From Macrostomum lignano (Eukaryota): a stretch of DNA of 64,000 nucleotides. Positions 1 to 12,000 of the stretch are shown piece after piece. How positions within the stretch are numbered: the stretch's first letter is position 1; each line of letters starts with the position of its first letter. Location of the stretch: assembly GCA_002269645.1 (NCBI GenBank), contig NIVC01001954.1, positions 1 to 64,000 on the forward strand, written 5' to 3'. The position numbers and the translations under genes are program-made. The notes below the pieces were generated by a model. That model made no database searches. It saw only the letters and a list, made by a program, of their open reading frames with translations, and was not told the origin of the DNA.

Positions 1-58
1 CTACACCCCCCTGTAGCTTGCACCAAAACCGCTATCCAAATTGTTTGCAATCACGCAG

Positions 59-3000
59 ATCATGGAGCCAGTGGTGGAGAACATCGGCAAAGGCCACTAA
101 ACTGCAGGACACAGTGTCCCAGATGAAATCGGTACGAACAGCGCGCTTAGTACTTGACGAAAAATTCACGTTGCCATTGCTCAGTGTAGCTATTTTGTTT
201 GAATCTAAAACACTTTCAGGGAAACAAAGAGTATTATGAACAGGAGATCATTCTCAACACTAAGCTAAAATCGTTGGCTGTTAATCTCAGCCTGCTGTGG
301 GGCGCGTCACAACACGGTGAAAGCGCAATTGAAGGTCAACTCCAATAGAGGTAGTGCAGTCAGTACTTTTACAACTTTTATGCCTCACTACAGTAAGGAT
401 GCTTAATCGTACATTTGCACTACTGTCTGACTGTCGCACGCAGAGTACACCACAATCGGAGGCGACGAGGCGCTGCCCCTCGACGAGGAGTTTCAGAGTC
501 ACGTGCGCTGCCTCATCGGCATGGGCAGCCGGAAGCCTGAGCAGCGGTACAAACTGGCGCGCTGCTGGTCAACGGACTCAGGTAGGGCGGTTAAACAAGA
601 TTCATTAAACGAATCCCTAGCTGATCTAGGAATTTAATTATTCAACCCGAAGAATCTGTGCGACAACCAGCGGCACCACCCACGTGCCAACTACGAGCAC
701 GGAGACGAAGCTCCGACGCGAGCAAGAGCGCCTGACGGTTCGCATCCTGCAGATTCTGCGCGCCTTCATGCACAACGAGGAGAGAAAACTCCCGGCTGAC
801 TGGGAGGTTCGAACCACGGAGTTTCGAGTGAAAAAGTGAGTATAGAGACCTTATATAGGAGTATTAGTGAAATGCCTTTCTCGGGCAATATGGTGCCAGT
901 TGCCTCGTTAGCGCAGTAGGTAGCGCGTCAGTCTCATAATCTGAAGGAGTTCGATCGTGAGTTCGATCCTCACACGGGGCAAAACTTTTGTCTTATTTTT
1001 TCTACTCATTTTTAAATAAATCTCTCTAGAGATCTAGATGACGACAATTCATCATTCAAGAAAAAACTTTGTTAGAATTTTTACAACGCAAAATAAATCG
1101 ATTTTCAGGGGCCTTCGCAACATATCGGACATTCAAACAACGCTCAACTCGTTCGAACTAGTGAAGCACGCTTTGCCGCATCTGGCTTCCACCAGCAGCC
1201 TAGTAGCCAAGGAGGTGCTTTCACTGCTTGGCATGATGCTGTTTAACGCTAATGAGAGGGTTCAGGTATGTCACGCATATTTCGTAAAACAGTATAAAAA
1301 ACACACACCTTACTACTTAAAGCAATTAACCTAATTTTGTTATTCCAACAGGAGAGCATGCTGAACTACTTTCTACACACGAAGGAAGAAGTGTTCTTTT
1401 ACGCGGTGCGAAATCGCCTGCAGATGTCCACGGCCAACATCAAAGAGCGCCGTCTGCTGATCTCGCAACAAAAGGCGCGCCAGTCAGAAGCCAAATCTCA
1501 GGCTGAGAACCTCAGAGCTACCATGACTCTAGGGATCAAGGCTTTGCAGGTGAGACGGAGCTAATGTGAATGGATAGCATGAAATGGATTTCGGTTTGGT
1601 CTGACAAATTTACCAAGTGACAAGCTGGTAGGGCACCACAACCGCTGTAGTTGACTTTAGGTGACCCGGAGAGGGCGTCGCAACAGCTGTTGGTGACATT
1701 AGTAACCAGAGAGGGCATCACAACCAGTTATTGGTGACTTTAGTAACCAGAGAGGGCATCACAACCAGTTATTGGTGACTTTAGTAACCAGAGAGGGCAT
1801 CGCAACCAGCTATTGGTGACATTAGTAACCAGAGAGGGCATCGCAACCAGCTATTGGTGACTTTAGTAAACCAGAGAGGTCATCGCAACCAGCTATTGGT
1901 GACATTAGTAACCAGAGAGGGCATCGCAACCAGCTATTGGTGACTTTAGTAACCAGAGAGGGCATCACAACCAGCTATTGGTGACTTTAGTAACCAGAGA
2001 GGGCATCACAACCAGCTATTGGTGACTTTAGTGGACCAGAGAGGGCGTCGCAACCAGCTATTGGTGACTTTAGTGGACCAGAGAGGGCATCACAACCAGC
2101 TATTGGTGACTTTAGTAACCAGAGAGGGCATCACAACCAGCTATTGGTGACTTTAGTAACCAGAGAGGGCATCACAACCAGCTATTGGTGACTTTAGTGG
2201 ACCAGAGAGGGCGTCGCAACCAGCTATTGGTGACTTTAGTGGACCAGAGAGGGCATCACAACCAGCTATTGGTGACTTTAGTGGACCAGAGAGGGCATCA
2301 CAACCGCCATTGGCGACTTCGATACTACGAGTACACCTGCTCGCTCATGCCCATACTGTTTAAAGCTCGTTTCGTTTTAAATTTGAAAATCGACCATCAT
2401 AATTAATCGTGCAGCAAATCAAGCAGTACCGCATCGAGATGAAGATTGAACAGGCCAACAATGATCTCACGGTAAGGCCTAACTTATGCTGTATCTTTCA
2501 CTCGTTAGCACAGAGAAGTCACTATGAACAGAGCAAGACAAATGATAGAATTCTTGGTTAACTGCAGCGCCGAGTCAGCCTCACCAAGATGCAGTCGCAG
2601 TCAATGATGACCAAACGTCGCAAAGAGTCTGGCAGTCAAACGCCGAGCAACAGCAGTGGCAAGAAGAGCGGCGGCAGTGGCAACAAGAAGGTGGCATTCG
2701 CCAACGGGCTGAAAGGCGAGAGTCAGGAGCCGATGGCGCAGAGCCTGCTGGAAGAATCGGCCAGCTCCGACTCCGGTGCTGAGGTGGTGAGTCTCTGTGT
2801 TTCAAATGTTTCCAGTCAAATGCAAGTACAAAGTAAATTTGGCTGTCATTGCAGCTGGCTAACAGTTCAAAAAGGGAAATTTTCGTCAGAAGGTGTGCCA
2901 CAATTTAGTTTTTGTGTGCAATATTATTGTTTGTTATTATTTACTATTACTATTTACTATTATATATATTATTATTGTTATTATTTACTTTAGTTAATTA

Positions 3001-6000
3001 AAGTATTGTAGTTGGGAATAGGACGCGAAACCGCTCCAAAAAACTAAAGAAAAAGAAGTCGAATGTCAATTGTTGGTTAAATATTATTTCAATGCAATCG
3101 TCCTATGCAAAGTGGTGCATTATAGACACGCGGAAAGTCAATTGCCAGCGCTCTATCCCGACAGGAAAACCTGGCTAGCCAGACTCACGATGAAGATGAG
3201 ACGATCTCTATGAAAGACGACGGCTACATCGCCCTGGTGCTGAAGGTCCTGGCCAGCATCTGCGACGGGCAGCACTTTGGTCTGCAGAACTACCTGCGCG
3301 AGCAGCCGGACAACATCAAGTCGTTCAACATCGTGGCCGAAGTCTCCCAGTTCATCAACGTTGCCTACTCGAATATCAACGGTGACACGATCGATTTGCT
3401 CATCCAGCTGTTCTCCACGGTTAATGAGTTCTGTGCTGTGAGTTGCTTTGTCAGCTGGGTTGCTCAGATGGCTGTGAGCACCTGGTGTACAGTAAGAGAG
3501 GTCAGATAGGACCAAGATTTTCTGGATCGGGTCTCATCCTACCGATCGAGTCTGCAACACGAGCCTTGACGGAAAGAGCGCAATGGATTTGAATCTATAC
3601 TCACAAAACGGCCTCGTTTTTTCATTGATGGAAACTTTTCTCAAACTTTTTAATGGGGTGAGATTTGCTCCGAAAATGAAATCAAAATTAAGAAAGTATC
3701 ATCAGGATCCAGGTTAGGAGGCTTGTTCAGCCTAGAAGTCATTTTTCAGCGGCAAGACCGTGCGATTGATGAGACCTTGTGGTAGCTATTAGTTCTGAGA
3801 AAGTTGTCAAGGTGAGGCCCTTCTTGGTGAAACAAGTCCCATGAGCTGCACACATCATAAGGCTCTGTGCATGAGTCATCTTACCAGGCCATTTTTCAAT
3901 TATTTTAGTTCAGCATCAGCTCTGAGCTCTCGGTAAACCTTGGTACTAGAAGAGCTTCCAGTACACTCCACTTCGGTGTCAAGAAAATGGGAGTTTCTTG
4001 TCATCTCTTTACTTGACTTGACTCAGCTACAGGGGGTTCTGGGCATCCGGATACAGCGGGGAGGCGTCGACGCCCATTGCGCTAACCTCTGACAACCTCG
4101 GGCAGTTGGTGCTGCGGTGTCGCGCAGGGAGATCCGGAGAGTCCAGGAGGTGGATGGTCGCTCGCCCGGTAGCGGACGAGCTGGCAGATATTCTGAGGCT
4201 TTCCAACGTCGGAAAGGCCCGGGTTTGCGCCGAGGTAGGTGAGCCTGTCCTGAGTAAAGGCGGGGCACTCACAGATGAAGTGCTTCGCATTCTCATCACC
4301 GGAGAGGCAGAAGGGGGCATTCCTCATTGCGGATGTTTCACTGGAGGTAACGATGCCTAGAGAGCGAGAGAGGGCCATGGTCACCGCCATGATGTCCCTG
4401 CGGTTTTCTTGTCACCTCCCTCATCCGTGAGTTTCATGTTGAAGTGAGTGTAGTTAATGAGTTTAAAGAAGTTCTCCTGATCTTTGGAACTTAAAAAAAA
4501 TCAACTGGAAAGTCGTCGGATAGGCGAAACGCGTAGACATTAAATGTTTGTGTTGATATTTCTCTTCTTGTTATTCTCCCGGAGTCTTCAATTACTCAAG
4601 AATATTACAGACTACAAAAATCCCGCAAACAATGATCCAGGGCAACCAGGAGAACCGGGCAACCGTGTACGACAACAAAATCATCGACTATATAAACTTC
4701 ATTCTGCGCAGCTCCGACTTCGAAAGCTGCGAGCCTCAGCAGGTGGTGCAACTGCGCCAGACCATCGCCAACCTGGTGATCTCGCTGATTGAGGAGAATT
4801 CTCCCGAGGCTCTGGTAATCGCTAGGGAGGTGAAGGACACGCTGGACAAGGGCGCTCTCTACCGGCCATGTCCGAGTGCTACGAGGCCCAGCAGCGGACT
4901 GGCAAGGACGGCGGATTCCTTGTGCGACTCTTTGTGAGTTGGAGCGACCTGACGTCTCAGATGCGGGCGCTCCGTTTGCCCTGCGTTTGGGGAATGATCC
5001 TGAGGGATCTCGACGGGACCATTGGTGATCGTCAGAATCCCATAATGATTTCCATCACCAGAATCCTATAATGGTTTACATCAGCAGAATCCCATAATGG
5101 TTTACAGCACCATAATCCCATAATGATCTCCATCACCATAATCCCATAATTATCTCCATCACCAGAATCCCATAATGATCTCCATCACCAGAATCCCAAA
5201 ATGATCTCCATCACCAGAATCCCATAATGATCTCCATCACCAGAATCCCAAAATGATCTCCATCACCAGAATCCCATAATGATCTCCATCACCAGAATCC
5301 CAAAATGATCTCCATCACCAGAATCCCATAATGATCTCCATCACCAGAATCCCAAAATGATCTCCATCACCAGAATCCCAAAATGATCTCCATCACCAGA
5401 ATCCCAAAATGATCTCCATCACCAGAATCCCAAAATGATCTCCATCACCATAATCCCATAATGGTTTACATCACTAGAATCCCATAATGATCTCCATCAC
5501 TAGAATCCCATAATGATCTCCATCACCAGAATCCCAAAATGATCTCCATCACTAGAATCCCATAATGATCTCCATCACCAGAATCCCAAAATGATCTCCA
5601 TCACCAGAATCCCATAATGATCTCCATCACCAGAATCCCATAATGATCTCCATCACCAGAATCCCAAAATGATCTCCATCACCAGAATCCCATAATGATC
5701 TCCATCACCAGAATCCCAAAATGATCTCCATCACCAGAATCCCAAAATGATCTCCATCACCAGAATCCTAAAATGATCTCCATCACCATAATCCCATAAT
5801 GGTTTACATCACTAGAATCCCATAATGATCTCCATCGCCAGAATCCCATTTCAGCCCACTTCGCCAACCCATTGCAGAAGAAGGAGGAGAACCGCGAGCT
5901 CAAGGAGGCCATGTGCGAGGTCGGCTTCACGTTCTACGTGATCCTGGCCCGGCTGTACGACATTGACCCGGCCATGGGCAAGAAAGGTGAGTCCATCGCC

Positions 6001-9000
6001 AAACTCAGCTCTGAGAAGTTGGTCATGTAGAACAGCTTAGCAAACACCTGAGCTAGCAATCAACCGAATCCATATCGCTTTGAATCCCAAGCTAGCTGAT
6101 GTTGTGCTTTACTGTGCTCAACCACTGCTGACTTGCATACAAATTGAGTTCCTTTAATCTCATTAACCCTGCCACCATTGATCCTCAACTGATCTCTTTG
6201 CTGCTCCAATGCTTGCAGATTCAGACCCGTATGGAAGAGGTAAACCCGAAAAAATGCCTACCTTTGCCTGTCCTCGTATTAAGTCGGCGATTAAATATTA
6301 ATCCGTTTTAATTATTGATTTATTGGTCACGGTCTTTTTCTTAAGATGTGAAGAGAAGCACTATAAAATGACTGCAAACAATTGCGGCAAACACAATCTT
6401 AATTACATGAGTGACAGGCACAAGCGGGGCAGAAATGTCTTCATCGAAATCAGAAAGTTACTCAGCTCGCACTGGCGCTTTTTTACTTTTCTTAAAGCAA
6501 GCAGAACAAATTGATTTTCTTCTTTGCCTTTGCTGCTATTTGCTGCTAAAAATTCTTCTGACAAATCGTGTCCTTATCTATTTTGTCTATCAAATCTGTT
6601 CAGTGCAATCGTTTTTCTGTGGTATATTTTCTATTTTAGTTCTTGATCTGAATCCTATTCTCTGTCTGTTGCATACCACCATCTCCCCACCCTTCTCTCC
6701 CCACCATCTTCTCCCACCCTCTTCTTCCCACCCTCTTCTCCCCACCCTCTTCTCCCCACCCTCTTCTTCCCACCCTCTTCTTCCCACCCTCTTCTCCCCA
6801 CCCTCTTCTCCCCACCCTCTTCTCCCCACCCTCTTCTCCCCACCCTCTTCTCCCCACCCTCTTCTCCCCACCCTCTTTTCCCCACCATCTTCTCCCCATC
6901 CTCTTCTCCCAATCCTCTTCTACCCACCCTCTTCTCCCCACCCTTTTCCCCACCCACTTCTCCCACCCTCTTCTCCCCACCCTCTTCTCCCCACCCTCTT
7001 CTCCCCACCCTCTTCTCCCCACCCTCTTCTCCCCATCCTCTTCTCCCCACCCTCTTTTCCCCACCCTTCTCTCTTCACCCTCCTCTCCCCACCCTTTCTC
7101 TGCATCCTCTTATTATTATTCTTATAATCCATTCGTTAATTTACAGAGCTGCAGATTAGCGACATTCAGCAGAAGGCATTCAAATTCTTCAAGAAGAACG
7201 CAATGACAATTGAGATTCTGAAAAATGACAACCTGCAGAAGGTTCACTTTCGAGTGAGAAACAAGGCAAGTTCTGTCAAATGCTACTTATTAGTTAGTAA
7301 GTAGTATAAATAGTGCTATCAAACATAAAAAATCCACTACTGTAAATCTCATAATTCAGAATGTTCTCCGCGAAGAACTCAAAGAGAAGCTGAAATGGAA
7401 CGTGGACCGGTCCTCGCCCAGCACGAAGATCCGCGACTTCATGGACTGGACTAAGGCTATACTGAAGGACATTCACTATCAGAAGAAAGTGCTGTCAAAC
7501 CCTTTTACTATATTGCTGACTCGACTGTGGCTCATCTGGAACCACGCCGCAACCTTGACTGCCGTTATTATCAACCTAATCATGCTGATTGGCCTGGAAG
7601 CTACTGACACGCCCACAATGCTGGCGGACACTGGCATGTTTACCATTCCGGCCAAGTGAGCGAAATTCGATTAGCCTTTTTATTGCTCCTTTTTAAAAAT
7701 GAAGTCTATTTTTTTGTACATGTTTACTCATTTCCAATAAAAGTTTGTGTGAGCCAATCAGATTCGAGGGAGTGAGAGCCAATCAAATTCCAGTGAGTCC
7801 GAGCCATTCAGATGCGAGTGAGTGTGAGCCAAGATCAGATTCGAGTCGACTGAGTGTAAGCCAATCGGATTCGAGTGAGTCTGAGACAATTAGACTCGAA
7901 TGAGCCACAGCCAATCAGATACCAGTGAGTGTAAGCCAATCAGATTCAAGCGACTCTTAGCCAATCAGATTCGAATGAGCCACAGCCAATCAGATTCCAG
8001 TGAGTGTAAGCCAATCAGATTCAAGCGACTCTTAGCCAATCAGATTCGAGTGAGTCACAGCCAATCAGATTCCAGTGAGTGTGAGCCAATCAGATTTAAG
8101 CGACTCTTAGCCAATCAGATTCGAGTGAGTCACAGCCAATCAGATTCTAGTGAGTGTGAGCCAATCAGATTTGAGTGATCCAATCAGATTCGAGTGGTTG
8201 TGAGCCAATCAAATCCGTGTGGAAATGAGCCAACCAGAATCCCAGCCTCAGGCTGAGCAATCTGTTCCCAACTCCAATTCTGATCAGCGAATCTGCCCGC
8301 TGGAAGTCGCAGTTCGAGCACCTGGAGATGTGGAAGGATGCATTCGCGTACACCATGGACATCCTGGCCATAGTCATCCTGTTGGCCTTCTTCGTTGCCA
8401 ACCATCCGGAGCCGCCGAACGTGCGCCGCATCCGGGATCGGCTGCGCCGCCTGCGCCGCGCCAAAGCCGACGAAGAGGACGACCCGGCCGACTGCAGGGA
8501 CCGCGGCAGCGAGGGCGGCAACAAACTGGCTGTCAACCTGTTCAGCATAGCCACGCTGTACTACTTGTCCTTCGCCGCCTGCGCCTTTGCTGGCACTTTT
8601 TACTGTCCGTACTTCTTCGCCTTCCACCTGCTGAACATGGTCAACAATAACCAGCTGCTGCAGGGAGTCATTCAGGCTGTCACCATGAATGGTGAGACAG
8701 TCGGCTGTCTCTAGTCAGTTGTTTCTAGTCAGTTGTTTCTAGTCAGTTGTTTCTAGTCAGTTGTTTCTAGTCAGTTGTTTCTAGTCAGTTGTTTCTAGTC
8801 AGTTGTTTCTAGTCAGTTGTTTCTAGTCAGTTGTTTCTAGTCAGTTGTCTCTAGTCAGTTGTCTCTAGCCAGTTGTCTCTAGTCAGTTGTCTCTAGTCAG
8901 TTGTCTCTAGTCAGTTGTCTCTAGTCAGTTGTCTCTAGTCAGTTGTTTCTAGTCAGTTGTTTCTAGTCAGTTGTCTCTAGTCAGTTGTTTCTAGTCAGTT

Positions 9001-12000
9001 GTTTCTAGTCAGTTGTTTCTAGTCAGTTGTCTCTAGTCAGTTGTTTCTAGTCAGTTGTCTCTAGCCAGTTGTCTCTAGTCAGTTGTCTCTAGTCAGTTGT
9101 CTCTAGTCAGTTGTTTCTAGTCAGTTGTCTCTAGCCAGTTGTCTCTAGTCAGTTGTTTCTAGTCAGTTGTCTCTAGCCAGTTGTCTCTAGTCAGTTGTCT
9201 CTAGTCAGTTGTCTCTATCCAGTTGTCTCTAGCCAGTTGTCGCTAGCCAGTTGTCTCTAGTCAGTTGTCTCCAGCGAGTTGTCTCTAACCAGTTGTCTCT
9301 AGTCAGTTGTCACCAAGCCTTGTCTCAAACGTGGAGGCAGTCAAAATATAACAAATTCCCCACCGAACCTGCTCAGGCCTCTCCCTGATCTGGGTGTCTG
9401 TGCTGGGCATCGCCATCATGTACCTGTTCTCCGTGCTGGCTTTCGCAAGGCTTCGCCGAGGTTTCGGCGGCCTCATGTTCTGCTCGGACCTCAGCCAATG
9501 CTTTGTGACCGTGTTGCGCTTTGGACTCATTGGGGATCTGTTCGAGGTGAGGACCGCAGCAGTGCCCTGAGTCTGGCTTCTGAGGCAGTTCACTACTTTA
9601 TGTATCACCCTACTGTCGCTCCCGGTGCTTCGCTGCCTGTCATTTTTCCCTCTACTGTCTCCTCTGTCACTCTACTGTCTCCTCTGTCACTCTACTGTCT
9701 CCTCTGTCACTCTACTGTCTCCTCTGTCACTCTTCTGTCTCCTCTGTCACTCTACTATCTCCTCTGTCACTCTACTATCTCCTCTGTCACTCTACTATCT
9801 CCTCTGTCACTCTACTGTCTCTTCTGTCACTCTACTATCTCCTCTGTCACTCTACTATCTCCTCTGTCACTCTACTGTCTCTTCTGTCACTCTACTATCT
9901 CCTCTGTCACTCTACTGTTTTCTCTGTCACTCTGATGTCTGCACTGTCACTCTACTCTCTCCTCTGTTACTCTACTGTCTCCTCTGTCACTCTACTGTTT
10001 TCTCTGTCACTCTGATGTCTGCACTGTCACTCTACTCTCTCCTCTGTTACTCTACTGTCTCCTCTGTCACTCTACTGTTTTCTCTGTCACTCTACTCTCT
10101 TCTCTGTCACTCTACTGTTTTCTCTGTCACTTTGATGTCTGAATTGTCACTCTACTCTCTCCTCTGTCACTTTACTCTTCTCTGTCACTCTACTCTTCTT
10201 TCACTCTACTGTCTCCTCTGTCACTCTACTGTCTCCTCTGTCACTCTACTGTCTCCTCTGTCACTCTACTGTCTCCTCTGTCACTCTACTGTCTCCTCTG
10301 TCACTCTACTGTCTCCTCTGTCACTCTACTGTCTCCTCTGTCACTCTACTGTCTCCTCTGTCACTCTACTGTTTCCTCTGTCACTCTACTGTTTCCTCTG
10401 CCACTCTACTGTCTCCTCTGTCACTCTACTGTCTCCTCTGTTACTCTACTGTCTCCTCTGTCACTCTACTGTCTCCTCTGTCACTCTACTGTTTCCGCTG
10501 ACACTTGGCTGTCTCAAGAATCCCAAATCGCACCTCAAAATTCCCGCAGAACATGGTGCCTCGCGAGGACTCGCCAACCTTCGACTCATTCTTCTGGATG
10601 GCCATATTTCACATCGTGTTCTTCATCCTGATCACCACGGTCGGCCTCAACATCATCTTCGGCATCATTGTTGACACGTTCAGCGAGCTGCGCAACATGA
10701 AATGGACAGCCGAGGTGGACATGCGCGACAACTGCTTCATCTGCTCGCGCAGCAACTACGATTTCGAGCACCACGGCCAGGGCTTTGACTATCACGTGCG
10801 CAACGAGCACAACATGTGGGCCTACATATTCTTCTTCATTCACCTGCAGGACACGGCCAAGAATGATTACACCTCGTTGGAGCTGCACGTGTACAAACTG
10901 GTGGGTTCGCTTTGTACTTTTACTTTTTTCTCGTTGTTGTGATTCTTTCTGCTTCGAGAGAATGCAATTTGGGTGTCGGAGAGGGCGCCATTTCGGGTGT
11001 CGGAGAGGGCGCCACTTTGGGTGTCGGAGAGGGCGCCATTTCGGGTGTCGGAGAGGGCGCCATTTCGGGTGTCGGAGAGGGCGCCATTTCGGGTGTCGGA
11101 GAGGGCGCCACTTTGGGTGTCGGAGAGGGCGCCACTTTGGGTGTCGGAGAGGGCGCCATTTCGGGTGTCGGAGAGGGCGCCACTTTGGGTGTCGGAGAGG
11201 GCGCCATTTCGGGTGTCAGAGAGGGCGCCATTTCGGGTGTCGGAGAGGGCGCCATTTCGGGTGTCGGAGAGGGCGCCACTTTGGGTGTCGGAGAGGGCGC
11301 CACTTTGGGTGTCGGAGAGGGCGCCACTTTGGGTGTCGGAGAGGGCGCCACTTTGGGTGTCGGAGAGGGCGCCATTTCGGGTGTCGGAGAGGGCGCCACT
11401 TTGGGTGTCGGAGAGGGCGCCATTTCGGGTGTCAGAGAGGGCGCCATTTCGGGTGTCGGAGAGGGCGCCATTTCGGGTGTCGGAGAGGGCGCCACTTTGG
11501 GTGTCGGAGAGGGCGCCATTTCGGGTGTCAGAGAGGGCGCCATTTCGGGTGTCGGAGAGGGCGCCATTTCGGGTGTCGGAGAGGGCGCCACTTTGGGTGT
11601 CGGAGAGGGCGCCACTTTGGGTGTCGGAGAGGGCGCCGTTTTGGGTGTCGGAGAGGGCGCCGCTTTGGGTGTCGGAGAGGGCGCCACTTGGGGTGTCGGA
11701 GAGGGCGCCACTTTGGGTGTCGGAGAGGGCGCCACTTTGGGTGTCGGAGAGGGCGCCACTTTGGGTGTCGGAGAGGGCGCCACTTTGGGTGTCGGAGAGG
11801 GCGCCACTTTGGGTGTCAGCGAGAGCGCCATTTTCGGTGTCCGGGGCCGCCATTTTTACTAATCAGATGCGTCGCTTAAATTTTTAGCCTCTGTGTTGGC
11901 TCCAAGAGGCGTTCAAGTAGTTCAAAACTTTGCATCTGCAGCCTCAAAAATGGCAAAAACAATTTCCTATGGCGCTCCCTTTTGGGTGGCCCCAAAGTCC

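Noticed and set aside
5855-5877. Alternative acceptor TTCAG at 5854
   Set aside because: Gives a phase incompatible with the donor at 4933; the acceptor at 5877 fits.
6411-7132. Pro-rich and Gly/Arg-rich ORFs
   Set aside because: Low-complexity CT tract within an intron.
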